A stretch of 64,000 nt of DNA from Promethearchaeota archaeon (GTDB lineage: Archaea; Asgardarchaeota; Lokiarchaeia; Sigyniarchaeales; SOKP01), in contig JAEOSU010000080.1 of assembly GCA_016840165.1 (NCBI GenBank), forward strand, positions 32,001-96,000. Direction: 5' to 3'. The translations under genes were made by a program, and so were the position numbers. Position 1 is the stretch's first letter; every line of letters starts with the position of its first letter. Of this stretch, positions 48,469 to 58,128 are shown piece after piece. The notes under the pieces were generated by a model, which searched no databases, had not been told where the DNA came from, and saw nothing but the letters and a program-made list of their open reading frames with translations.

Positions 48469-49452
48469 TTAAGTTAATTGTTCGTATCCATCTTCAGTCA
48501 CTAACACTGTCTCTTCAGATTGAGACACATAAATTCCCTTTTCTTCTGCTAATACATAATGCGCTTTTACTTTATTAGTTCTGACTAATTCTTCAAGTCC
48601 AAATACAACACCCATTTGAAATTCTTTTGCTAGCCATCTCTCAGCAAAAGGTAATGTCTTATAATTCTTGTTAATAAATCCTAAGATCTGTTTTGATGCT
48701 TTTCTTCGTAATGGAACTCTGCCGGTATAGGGATTTAATTCATAAATATAAGACGCATTAGTAGCATGAACAGATCCCCTTCCAGTTGAAGCAAAAATTT
48801 CAATAGCAAGAACATCACCTTCCTCAATAACATCACCACCTTGAGATCCTAACTCAGGTACTTGCTTTTTCCCATGTACTTTCCATCTTTCAACTTGGTG
48901 GCCACCAAGCTCTTTGATTGGATTATATTTAAATCCTTTAACAATATTTTCTGTTTTTTTCCCAATTTCCCTGGTGTTAATTTCAGGTTTAATCATCATT
49001 TTTGCCGCTTCTAATGCTACTTGAGTAGATTGAATGATATTTTCAAGTGATTTATCATCGTTAAAGCTAACTGTAAAGGCAGTATCTACAATGTATCCCT
49101 CAATATGAACCCCTAAATCAAGTTTAACTATATCACCTGATTGGATGGCTAAATTATCATCCTTGAGAGGAGAAGTATAATGAGCAGCTATGTTATTGAT
49201 ACTTACATTAACAGGAAAAGCACACTCACCTCCTAAGTCCCTAATCTTCGTTTCAGTGGATTCTACTAAATTAAAAACATTCTCTCCTTGCTTGATTTTT
49301 GGATTTATAAATTTTTTTACTTCTTGAGCAATCTTCCCCGCTTTTTTTAATGAAGTAACTTTTAGTTTCCGTTCTTCTTCTTCTTTTTCTAATTCTTCTT
49401 TGCTCTTTTCTTTCTTTTCCTTTGAACTATCCTTTTTATTTTCATTCATCAA
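48469..49452 (-). CDS. map: Methionine aminopeptidase type II
   Basis: AFPVN, AAHYT, KLDLGVHIEGYIVDTA, GHQ and AIEIFASTG; type II insert. Confidence 0.95.
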   Translation of the reverse strand: MMNENKKDSSKEKKEKSKEELEKEEEERKLKVTSLKKAGKIAQEVKKFINPKIKQGENVFNLVESTETKIRDLGGECAFPVNVSINNIAAHYTSPLKDDNLAIQSGDIVKLDLGVHIEGYIVDTAFTVSFNDDKSLENIIQSTQVALEAAKMMIKPEINTREIGKKTENIVKGFKYNPIKELGGHQVERWKVHGKKQVPELGSQGGDVIEEGDVLAIEIFASTGRGSVHATNASYIYELNPYTGRVPLRRKASKQILGFINKNYKTLPFAERWLAKEFQMGVVFGLEELVRTNKVKAHYVLAEEKGIYVSQSEETVLVTEDGYEQLT

Positions 49453-49674
49453 AATAGAGAAATGTAAAAATTGATAAAAATATTTTTTAATTAATTAATA
49501 TCAAATTTAATAGATAATTAAAAATAAATAAAGTAAAGATTAATAAATAAATAAAGTTAAATAAATAGATCAATTAAGTTATTAATCAATTACTCTTTAC
49601 AGTTATTCTAAAATAGAATAAAATATTCTACAAGTTAATCAAGCTATCCTATAAAAAAGTGGGGTTAATTACAT

Positions 49675-50046
49675 TTGTCTGAAAATATAAGCGAACTCAC
49701 TGATTTACTGAGAAAATTATCTGCGGTTAATTCTGACATAGAGGGCTCGGCAATAGTTAGTGTTCAGGGACTTCCGATATGTGACGTGTTGAGTAGAGAT
49801 GTTAATTCTGGGATAGTAAGTGCAATGTCAGCAGCAATTCAGAGTGTTTCAGAACGAGCGGTAGAGGAGCTTGATAGGGGAGATCTTAAAAGAATCCTTA
49901 TTGAGGGGGTTAATGGTATTATTATTCTTTCAAAAGCAGGAGAGAATGCGATTTTATGTACTTTGTGTAATGCTAATGCAAGTTTAGGGATGGTCTTTTT
50001 AAATATTCAAAGTGTTTCAAACCGTATTGCCGCACTTTTAGATTAA
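49675..50046 (+). CDS. Roadblock/LC7 (MglB-like) protein
   Basis: IEGSAIVSVQGLPI, SAMSAA, ILIEGVNG and ASLGMV motifs. Confidence 0.92.
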   Translation: MSENISELTDLLRKLSAVNSDIEGSAIVSVQGLPICDVLSRDVNSGIVSAMSAAIQSVSERAVEELDRGDLKRILIEGVNGIIILSKAGENAILCTLCNANASLGMVFLNIQSVSNRIAALLD

Positions 50047-50097
50047 TATTTTGATTTCAATGCGAGAGAGTGTGTTTTTTTAACCTTATGAGTCATA

Positions 50098-53000
50098 TCA
50101 TCCATTCTTTGAACCCTCATGATCATCTTTTTGCGAGTAAAGCAAGTCTGGATAGATAAAGTTAAACTCTTGACTAAATAATGTATGATTTGACCATTGC
50201 TTTTTTCGTTTACTCCAGATTAAGTTGGTGAGAGGGTTATAGTTATCAAGAATCCGATTATTGCCAATAATTGATTTCAAGAAAAAATCACCATCCACTA
50301 AATCCGTTAATATTAAATATTTCTCAACTTTGAGATATTGAAACACATATTCGAAGACTTGTAAAAATTCCGCAAGCTCACATTCGGGTAAATATAATTT
50401 AACCATCAAACCCTTAACGATGGTCTTTTTCTCATCGAATCCATGAATGTAATATTCACCTTTAATATCATATAAATGGACTAAGTTAAAATATTGAAAG
50501 ATATTCTTTAAGATGGGGAGAGCTTCACTTTTAATATTGAACAAGAAAAAGTGGATTGCTTCCTTGAATGCGAGATTTTTAAAAGTGATATAGGGCCATA
50601 CAAATTTGTTTTTGATAAGGAACTTGATCTTCTCAAATATTGATTGTGAATTAAAAGTCAACTTCTTTTTCACATCAACGGATTCACCGTTATAGACTTC
50701 AGTCAACAATTTGAATGCCCTTGTATCGGGTCCAGCATATTCTAGTCCATTTGCTTTATTTAATGCTAATCGCTTTAATTCTGAGTTTTGAAAACTATAT
50801 CTAGGATTAAAAAGCATGTTTTGAACATACATTCTAAAAGTTTTAGAGTCAAAGTACCAACCATCGGAGCCTAAATTAGTATTGAACTGAACAATTTGGG
50901 AAAATGATTCAATTTTAAACAAACAATACTCACGAAGTTTATTTTGACCCCGTAGCCAGTTAAGGTAGGAAGTATTCGGGTCATTATACGGAAAAAGATA
51001 ATTAATCAATAATGAACTGGAGCTATTGATTGAGACGTTATAGTGAATTTTTTGAAAAGTATTAGTGAGCAAGAGTTTTAAATCTATCTCTGCAAAATTA
51101 AACGGGGTAATATATAAGAAATACTGGGAGAGCCCAAACTTGTGAAATAATGGTAATAATCGAATTGAATCAATATAATGATGAAAAAATCGTTCTCTTT
51201 GGGCGATTTTATACTCTTCCATATCCGAAAAATATTCTTCAAGATGATGATTGAATTGTAACAAAAGACGCAGATCCTCCATCTCAAACGAAATATCTTC
51301 TGAACGAAGGCGAGTAAGAACCGTTTCGATAAGTGTTTTCATACCCTTATTCCTCGGCCATAATTTTATGCCATTGACTGAAATCTCAGTAAACGTGGTG
51401 GTCAGCTCGCCCAACACTTTTTGAATAAAGGTATAATATTCAGAAAATAAATCACTAGTATAGAAAAATTCTTTTTTAGTAAAATCATAAAAATCTTTTC
51501 GAGTAAAAGTTTCTAAAAATCCCGTCCATGGATAGCGTTTGAAAGATATAATATTTTCCTTGAACATACTATTCAATGCTGATAAAAAAATTACTTTTTC
51601 ATCACTTATCATATTCGGAATATATAATGACAAAGAGATATATTCTTCATCCGTTGAGAGATCAACTGTTTCATAGTAATAGATTTCTGGAAAATAGCTT
51701 TTTAGTTTTAGAATCGTCTCTTTTACCTCTAGATTACTTTTTAGGATAATATCCGGGAAATAATGAGCCATCCATGGGATGACTGTATTTATTAAATATG
51801 GTTTAAGAATCTGCGGTTCTTTTTTAATAAATTCCTCGAACAAAAGATTAATTGTTTTGTAGGATATCTCGTGAAGATTTGTCCTTGTTTGAAGCTCTCG
51901 AATACGTTCCTTCTTTACACTAATAATTTTTTCTAATGCTTCGGGCTTTGCAATGAGTTGTTTAATGGTGCTAATACTGAAGATTTTTAAGTTTGAACAA
52001 CCATTTAAGAACTTATGAAAAAATTGAAGCCGTTCTACCTCTTTGTGATATTTTTCATTAGCATTTAAATAATCTAAAAACAATTTTTTGAAGTCGTATG
52101 AATCTGTATTAATATCACTGAAGACTCCGTTAGTATCAATTAGCTGCAAAACGTTTTCTTTCTCAACAAACTCTTTAAATTGAATAATATTGAACAAATT
52201 CGATTTTTTTTCAATAATTCGAAAGTAATTGAGCCATTTTTCTAATTCCTCTATGATATAGAAAAACCCAAAATTGCGATTTCTCTCTAAAAAGCCTTGA
52301 AAATCCTTACGAAGGATGGAGGAGACGCGTAAACTCTCTAAACACTCCTCCAATTCTTTAGTGATATTATTTTGGTCAATAATAAAATCATAAAAATCCG
52401 ATTTTATTATGGAGGAAAGCTCCTTACTCCGGGAAAACCCTAATCCTATATACGAGTAAAATCGAACCCGATCCAAAATCAAAAATTTTAGAAGTGTTAA
52501 TCGGGAATTCACAAATTTGTTATGGTATTTTAGTGTAAACTCAAGTTCGTAGTCTTTTGATCCATTTTTAAGGTTTGGTTTAAGTATCTGGCCCTCTTTA
52601 TATGAGTCCAAGAAATAACGTAAATTCAAATTAAAAGTATAATTTTTTGCGAGGGAACAATATTTGTGAATAATATAGCCAGATTGTTCCATTTTATCGA
52701 GCATAGAGAGTAAATCTTTAATGTAAACCCGCGGAATTACAAAATATGAAAACATTTCTACCGCAAAATTGGTAATTGATAACTTTGGCATAACGATAAA
52801 TGGCATTTTATAGATAATTTTATCAATTTGAGCTTTATCTAACTGGGGATTGAATTTCAGACAGCACGCAATTACCGCCATATCCATTGCCTTCCAATCA
52901 GAATAATAGCTGGGAGCGATTCGACCAGACTTATTGATCCAGCGAAGATTTTTTTGAAATTTTCGGTAGCTTAACTCTGTTTTAATAATCCCTTGCTCTT

Positions 53001-53730
53001 TATATTTTGTAAAATATTCATTATATCCTTCCAATGTATCAACATTTTTTGCTCGATAAAATATCTGAGTCAAGACTCGTAGCGATTCGGTAATCTCATT
53101 ATTATTTATTCGATAGGAGGGTTTTTTAAAAGCCGAATCAAGCATATCCAGTAGTAATTGGGGTACCTCATCAAGATTCAGATTTGAGTATTGCCTGATA
53201 CATTCAAAGAAGTATTGTAAAGGAGTTTTCGAATCCAATTCTTTTAATTCGAGGAATTTCTCAAAGCGAAATTTATACTTTTCCTTTGAATAGCGAATAT
53301 ATCTTTCTCGAGCATTTAAAATCCATTCTTCAAGGAAATCAAATTCCTGTAAAGCAATCTCAACCAATTGTATAATAGCATAATCAATTAAATTAGAGTC
53401 TTTTAGGGCATCTGGAACAAAAGAAAAATAAGCACCTTGAAGTAGATAGTAAGGAAAGAACTTTTGATATTCCTTAAAGAGTTTGATATGGTATATTCCC
53501 TCTTCGACATATCTCATCACCCCATAAGAGAATAATTCGCCATCTGTTTCAAGATTTTCAATTTCGTCAAGGATATGTATCCTAAATTTTTTGTTAATTA
53601 CCTCTAAATTAATATAGGCGGTTAGATGGTTTATTAGGTTAAGGAAAATTTGATAAAATTGATTCTCATCATCGATTGTTGTCGCATTTTTCAATTGATT
53701 AAAATTCGGAGGATTAACCAAGCTCATCAA
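50098..53730 (-). CDS. Large hypothetical protein, probably tandem winged-helix/Lrp-AsnC-like modules
   Basis: 1210-aa ORF with four recurring P-x(4-6)-hydrophobic strand...(Y/F)xP units. Confidence 0.6.
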   Translation of the reverse strand: MMSLVNPPNFNQLKNATTIDDENQFYQIFLNLINHLTAYINLEVINKKFRIHILDEIENLETDGELFSYGVMRYVEEGIYHIKLFKEYQKFFPYYLLQGAYFSFVPDALKDSNLIDYAIIQLVEIALQEFDFLEEWILNARERYIRYSKEKYKFRFEKFLELKELDSKTPLQYFFECIRQYSNLNLDEVPQLLLDMLDSAFKKPSYRINNNEITESLRVLTQIFYRAKNVDTLEGYNEYFTKYKEQGIIKTELSYRKFQKNLRWINKSGRIAPSYYSDWKAMDMAVIACCLKFNPQLDKAQIDKIIYKMPFIVMPKLSITNFAVEMFSYFVIPRVYIKDLLSMLDKMEQSGYIIHKYCSLAKNYTFNLNLRYFLDSYKEGQILKPNLKNGSKDYELEFTLKYHNKFVNSRLTLLKFLILDRVRFYSYIGLGFSRSKELSSIIKSDFYDFIIDQNNITKELEECLESLRVSSILRKDFQGFLERNRNFGFFYIIEELEKWLNYFRIIEKKSNLFNIIQFKEFVEKENVLQLIDTNGVFSDINTDSYDFKKLFLDYLNANEKYHKEVERLQFFHKFLNGCSNLKIFSISTIKQLIAKPEALEKIISVKKERIRELQTRTNLHEISYKTINLLFEEFIKKEPQILKPYLINTVIPWMAHYFPDIILKSNLEVKETILKLKSYFPEIYYYETVDLSTDEEYISLSLYIPNMISDEKVIFLSALNSMFKENIISFKRYPWTGFLETFTRKDFYDFTKKEFFYTSDLFSEYYTFIQKVLGELTTTFTEISVNGIKLWPRNKGMKTLIETVLTRLRSEDISFEMEDLRLLLQFNHHLEEYFSDMEEYKIAQRERFFHHYIDSIRLLPLFHKFGLSQYFLYITPFNFAEIDLKLLLTNTFQKIHYNVSINSSSSLLINYLFPYNDPNTSYLNWLRGQNKLREYCLFKIESFSQIVQFNTNLGSDGWYFDSKTFRMYVQNMLFNPRYSFQNSELKRLALNKANGLEYAGPDTRAFKLLTEVYNGESVDVKKKLTFNSQSIFEKIKFLIKNKFVWPYITFKNLAFKEAIHFFLFNIKSEALPILKNIFQYFNLVHLYDIKGEYYIHGFDEKKTIVKGLMVKLYLPECELAEFLQVFEYVFQYLKVEKYLILTDLVDGDFFLKSIIGNNRILDNYNPLTNLIWSKRKKQWSNHTLFSQEFNFIYPDLLYSQKDDHEGSKNG

Positions 53731-53942
53731 CTACTATATTTCATTTTGTCTAGCATACTATATGGAGAGGTTTGTTTTAAGTTTTTTTATCCAATTATAT
53801 CATTTATCTTATAATTTTCTTCATTTTTAAAGAAAAATTAGATCTATTCAATTGGAAAAGATATAGGATTTGTATATTATTGTAAGATTTATATATAACT
53901 TCTTTCTTGATTTTTATAATAATTCAATTTTGTGATATTAAA

Positions 53943-54638
53943 ATGGTTTCACCAATAGGTTGGCTTGATGGATTAACTGCATCAGGTATAATCCTTTCCT
54001 CAGTTATTTTTGGATTGTTATCGCTCTATAAAGCAAAAAAATTACATGCAAAATTACTCGCTATTGCCGCTCTTACGATGTTTTTTGTTGGCTGTTTATG
54101 GTTAGGTCCTTTTGTAGATTTCATTATGGTACTTTTTTTTAATACAAATTTAAGCGAGAATATATATTATTCTGTCCTCAGCTATACTAATGTCGCTCCG
54201 GCATTAATTTTTGCGATGTATCTTGGAGGCTCCCTTCTCTTACCTAAAAGAAAATGGATAATCGTTGGAATTTATATCATTTTGGGAGGGATATTCGAAT
54301 ACTTTCTATGGTTTCAGAATGCTCAGTCATTTTCATATATTCCTCATGAGGTCGGCGATTTAATTAATGCTGAATTTGTACGTACCTATTATACTTTTTA
54401 CTTTGTTGTCTTATTTTTAATTTCAGCATTAATTTTTCTCGGAATAGGATTTGCAATAAAAGCAAAACAATCAACAGGACAATTACGAAAAAAGTTTTTG
54501 TATTTATCATTAGGGTTTATAATTTTTGTTGTATGTGGTGCTTTAGATTCTGTTCTTACCTTACCAGTAGCAATAGGAGTCATTCGAGCAGTTATGATGA
54601 CTTTCGCTCTTTGGATGTATCTTGGACTTAAAACTTAG
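53943..54638 (+). CDS. Stand-alone 7TM membrane protein (start adjusted to ATG 53943)
   Basis: About seven hydrophobic helices and no soluble output domain. Confidence 0.75.
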   Translation: MVSPIGWLDGLTASGIILSSVIFGLLSLYKAKKLHAKLLAIAALTMFFVGCLWLGPFVDFIMVLFFNTNLSENIYYSVLSYTNVAPALIFAMYLGGSLLLPKRKWIIVGIYIILGGIFEYFLWFQNAQSFSYIPHEVGDLINAEFVRTYYTFYFVVLFLISALIFLGIGFAIKAKQSTGQLRKKFLYLSLGFIIFVVCGALDSVLTLPVAIGVIRAVMMTFALWMYLGLKT

Positions 54639-54677
54639 AAATTTAATTCATTCAATTTTTCTTTTTTTATTCTTTTT

Positions 54678-56153
54678 TTATTGTCTGACTTCTTGAATAT
54701 AATCAAAGATCGTATCTACACGTTCTTTTATAGCACCAAATAAGCCCTCTTCTTCTGAAACAACTGAATTAATGGCAGTTTTTAATCCATAGTGACTTTC
54801 AGAAATCAATACTCGTATAGGTAGGGTTAATATCTCACTCATTAGCATCAAAAATTCTTGAACAATTTTAATAATTTTTGGGAATTTTTCTTCAGTCCTC
54901 TCCATAACCGATTGTTCAGATGAAATAAGTCCATCTTCTCGTTCTCTTCTCAATTCCTCCCAGACATTTTCCTTTAATTCGGCAAAATTAATCCCTAAAT
55001 TTTCTAAGGCTAATTGAGCGCCTTCAAATAAATAATTTATATCATCTTTTCCAGTAAATTGTTTTATATTTTCTACCATCTCAGTTGGTGCTAAACCATC
55101 GAGAAATGAGATAAGTAATTGATGATAATCATTAATCACATCAATTGGAATAAATAGTAAACTGAATTCTTTAATTTGTTGGAATAAATATCCTGCAACT
55201 TTCGAAAAGGTTTCATTCGTAAGTACTTTCTCAAGAATACCACCATATTCATTAAATAGATGGATTGCAAGAAAACCTATGATTCTAATCATGTCATCCT
55301 CATAATTTTTAAAATAATCAAAAAAATGCTCTGGTTCCATGTTTAATTTATCTTGGATGATCTCCCGAACCTTGGATTTAATTCCTTCTAAAGGTTCATC
55401 AAGCATCTCCTCAATTTTATCTAAGGAAAGAACATCCTGAAGTGTATCAATCATATCCATTTTTGTCTCTTGGACTGCTTCCTCCTCCAAATCCTCTTCA
55501 AATTTTACATCTGAATTTAATTTATCCTTTATCTTAACTTCTGAGAGTTTTTTCCATTCTAAAGCATCATATATTTTACATTTAAATTGAAGACACTCTT
55601 CTCCTCGTGCCATACATCTTTGTTCAACAATATTTATTCGATAATCATTTCTTTTGATTTTTAAAATAAAATTTGCTACACTTTCAAGCATACCTGTTAA
55701 TCCACAGGCTAAACCCTCGATATTGTCATTTTTTATTTTTTGAAAATCGAAAGTATCAGCATCATCCATACCGTAGCCAGCACATATTGGGCATGTTTTG
55801 ATGCGAATAATATAATCATTATATTTTGATCCTTCGTGAGGGATCTCCTCATAGGTTAAATCTCCTTCCGCAATTTCTTTTCCAAAAACAACTACCCATA
55901 AGAGTTCAAAATAATCAAGTACTTTTTTTGGACTTCCAGGCATGAACTTAAATACACCTGAATGGCGCTCACACGATTCACGTGCCGCTCTTTTCCCGAT
56001 TTCTCGAAGAATAGTGATACTATCTTCTTCATTTTCCGTAATTTCGTTGATTTCTTTTAGAATTTCCCTATAAAGAAGCGTATAAAACAGAGAATTAGTA
56101 TTTCGTCCAAATGCTTTAGTAATTCTTTTTAATAACCATTGAACAGCTCCCAT
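54678..56153 (-). CDS. V4R/TRAPP (Bet3-fold) domain protein with a long helical C-terminal region
   Basis: LREIGKRAA, LWVVVFGKE, CPIC, C..TGMLES and EQRCMARGEECLQF motifs. Confidence 0.7.
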   Translation of the reverse strand: MGAVQWLLKRITKAFGRNTNSLFYTLLYREILKEINEITENEEDSITILREIGKRAARESCERHSGVFKFMPGSPKKVLDYFELLWVVVFGKEIAEGDLTYEEIPHEGSKYNDYIIRIKTCPICAGYGMDDADTFDFQKIKNDNIEGLACGLTGMLESVANFILKIKRNDYRINIVEQRCMARGEECLQFKCKIYDALEWKKLSEVKIKDKLNSDVKFEEDLEEEAVQETKMDMIDTLQDVLSLDKIEEMLDEPLEGIKSKVREIIQDKLNMEPEHFFDYFKNYEDDMIRIIGFLAIHLFNEYGGILEKVLTNETFSKVAGYLFQQIKEFSLLFIPIDVINDYHQLLISFLDGLAPTEMVENIKQFTGKDDINYLFEGAQLALENLGINFAELKENVWEELRREREDGLISSEQSVMERTEEKFPKIIKIVQEFLMLMSEILTLPIRVLISESHYGLKTAINSVVSEEEGLFGAIKERVDTIFDYIQEVRQ

Positions 56154-56155
56154 AC

Positions 56156-56665
56156 CTAATTCCCTCCTATATTATATTTATAGTGATGGATACAAGTTTT
56201 ATTTCCAAGGGATCGCGATTCTGAGACCTCAAATGGTTCTATTGAGAATTCTGGAGTCGGATTTGAGTCTTGGTTGATGATAGAGATGATTTCTGCCATC
56301 ATTGCAATGATAATTTCACACCCAGCTTCATTAATATCATCAAAATGGTATTTACATAGCGCACAGTTACTATCTTTGACTATTATACTGTTTTCTAATT
56401 TATCTAACTCAACTGAAACCCCACTATTTAAAATATTTTTATATAAAGTGGCTAGTATATCCTTAATGTTAGTTAAATTCGCTGAATCGATTGGTTTCCA
56501 GTATTTAATGTAAGTTTGAGCAATGTTTTTTCCCATTCTTCTAAGTTTTGTTTTGATATCTTTAACATCATTTAGCTTCATAAATCGTTCTAGATGATAG
56601 ACTGCATTCCGCAATTGATTCATAGTTGCCTCTGATTGTACTAATTCTTCTCGTGTATAATTCAT
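56156..56665 (-). CDS. V4R/TRAPP (Bet3-fold) protein
   Basis: LRRMGKNIA, CALC, GCEIIIAM and ESRSLGNKTC motifs. Confidence 0.65.
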   Translation of the reverse strand: MNYTREELVQSEATMNQLRNAVYHLERFMKLNDVKDIKTKLRRMGKNIAQTYIKYWKPIDSANLTNIKDILATLYKNILNSGVSVELDKLENSIIVKDSNCALCKYHFDDINEAGCEIIIAMMAEIISIINQDSNPTPEFSIEPFEVSESRSLGNKTCIHHYKYNIGGN

Positions 56666-56865
56666 TATTCACACCTTTTAAGTAATCTTTTAATTAAGTA
56701 ATAGTTGAAAAATTATTTTCTTTTTTAATATTTTCAATTCGATGAGTATATTATTAGTATGTTTTCACAATGAATAAATTTTTCAATCCAAAAACGAAAA
56801 AAGTATGTTAACAGGAACATATTTTCTAAAGTTTGTATATAAGATAAAAGAAAAGAAAAAAGAAA

Positions 56866-57219
56866 TTACATATTAGCAATTATTTCACGAAGGACTGGTT
56901 CTCCTGCAGCACCAATCATCATGCCATTTCGTACAAGGGGTTGCCCTTGAACTTGTATTGTATGATCTAAAAGTTGACCATTTTTGAAAAAAAGCAATGT
57001 TGGAATCGCAGTTATTCCAAATCGTTGTCCAAGTGGACGATTTTGGTCTAGATCCACTTTTAGGACGTGTATCAATCCTTCCTCATGCAGTTTTTCTAAA
57101 ATAGGACTGACAAATTTACATGGACCACACCAAACGGTATAAATATCTATTATTACTTTTCCCTGTTTCATTTCATTAGAAATTTCCAAGCCATATTCTT
57201 TTAATTCTTCGATATTCAA
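56866..57219 (-). CDS. trxA: Thioredoxin
   Basis: WCGPC, cis-Pro IPTL and FKNG motifs. Confidence 0.93.
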   Translation of the reverse strand: MNIEELKEYGLEISNEMKQGKVIIDIYTVWCGPCKFVSPILEKLHEEGLIHVLKVDLDQNRPLGQRFGITAIPTLLFFKNGQLLDHTIQVQGQPLVRNGMMIGAAGEPVLREIIANM

Positions 57220-57415
57220 ATCAATGTCTCTCCTTAAAAGGTAAATGATAGAATTATATTTGATAGGTTTATTTGAAAAATCTACTTTTTCTATATTTTT
57301 TTTATATAATTCATTCTTTTTATTCTTTTTATTTATAAAAAATCACATTTCAATCATTAAAAGTCATGAATTTCATCCCTTAACCTTTAAGCGATACAAA
57401 AATGGTCTTAATTAG

Positions 57416-57437
57416 TGAGATTTGATATCAAATCTCA
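57416..57437. promoter_or_regulatory. Perfect 22-bp palindrome, probable operator
   Basis: TGAGATTTGATATCAAATCTCA equals its own reverse complement; lies between divergent trxA and hdrC. Confidence 0.6.
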
Positions 57438-57541
57438 AATATGTGATGCACTACTTAAATCAGTTTAAAATGAAAAGAATTAATTTTAAAATAAAATGTT
57501 AGTTATAGATACATAAGTTCAGAAAAAGATTATCGATTAAA

Positions 57542-58045
57542 ATGGCTACTATTGATTTTGATTTTAGAAACCAGATTATTCAATCTGATATTGGAAGTAC
57601 GCTAGCGTATTGTTATCAATGTGCTACTTGTAGTGGTGCCTGCCCTGTAGCACAAGTAACTAATGGACGATATAATCCCAGACGATTAATATTAGATGCA
57701 TTACTTGGGCTAAAAGAGAAGATTTTTGGGAAAGAGAATGCATTTAATATCTGGGGATGCACTGTTTGTGATACTTGCGACGAAGTTTGCCCGCAAAAAG
57801 TTGAATTAACTGAGATATTTACGATTTTAAAGAATATGAGTATTGAAAGAGGAGAGGGTCCTGAATATTATACAATACAAGCATCAACCATCCTAGAAAA
57901 CGGTAAAGCTATTCCTATGCAACCCGCAATCGAACGAAGAAGAGAACAATTAAATTTACCTCCCGTTCTTCCACCTAATGTAGAAGAAGTTCAAAAATTA
58001 TTAGAAGCTACAAAACTAGCAGATAAAATCAAAAAAGAAGAATAA
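57542..58045 (+). CDS. hdrC: Heterodisulfide reductase subunit C-like protein
   Basis: CYQCATCSGACP, IWGCTVCDTCDEVCP and RREQLNLP motifs. Confidence 0.88.
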   Translation: MATIDFDFRNQIIQSDIGSTLAYCYQCATCSGACPVAQVTNGRYNPRRLILDALLGLKEKIFGKENAFNIWGCTVCDTCDEVCPQKVELTEIFTILKNMSIERGEGPEYYTIQASTILENGKAIPMQPAIERRREQLNLPPVLPPNVEEVQKLLEATKLADKIKKEE

Positions 58046-58128
58046 ATCTCATTCATATACTTATTATCGATATCCTTTTTAGCAAACTTTTTCAATTTTT
58101 ATTTATTATAATTGAGATGATAATAAAA

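Noticed and set aside
49500-49575. Repeated AATAAATAAAGT-like units upstream of the roadblock gene
   Set aside because: Low-complexity AT-rich sequence with no regular spacers; not a CRISPR array or a convincing iteron.
50098-53730. Large ORF as a transposase, Cas effector or defence nuclease
   Set aside because: No DDE, RuvC, HEPN or Walker motifs, terminal repeats or CRISPR array were recognised.
56866-58045. Selenoprotein (UGA readthrough) in trxA or hdrC, since Lokiarchaeia use Sec
   Set aside because: Both ORFs are complete with Cys at all motif positions and end in TAA; no SECIS-like element was recognised.
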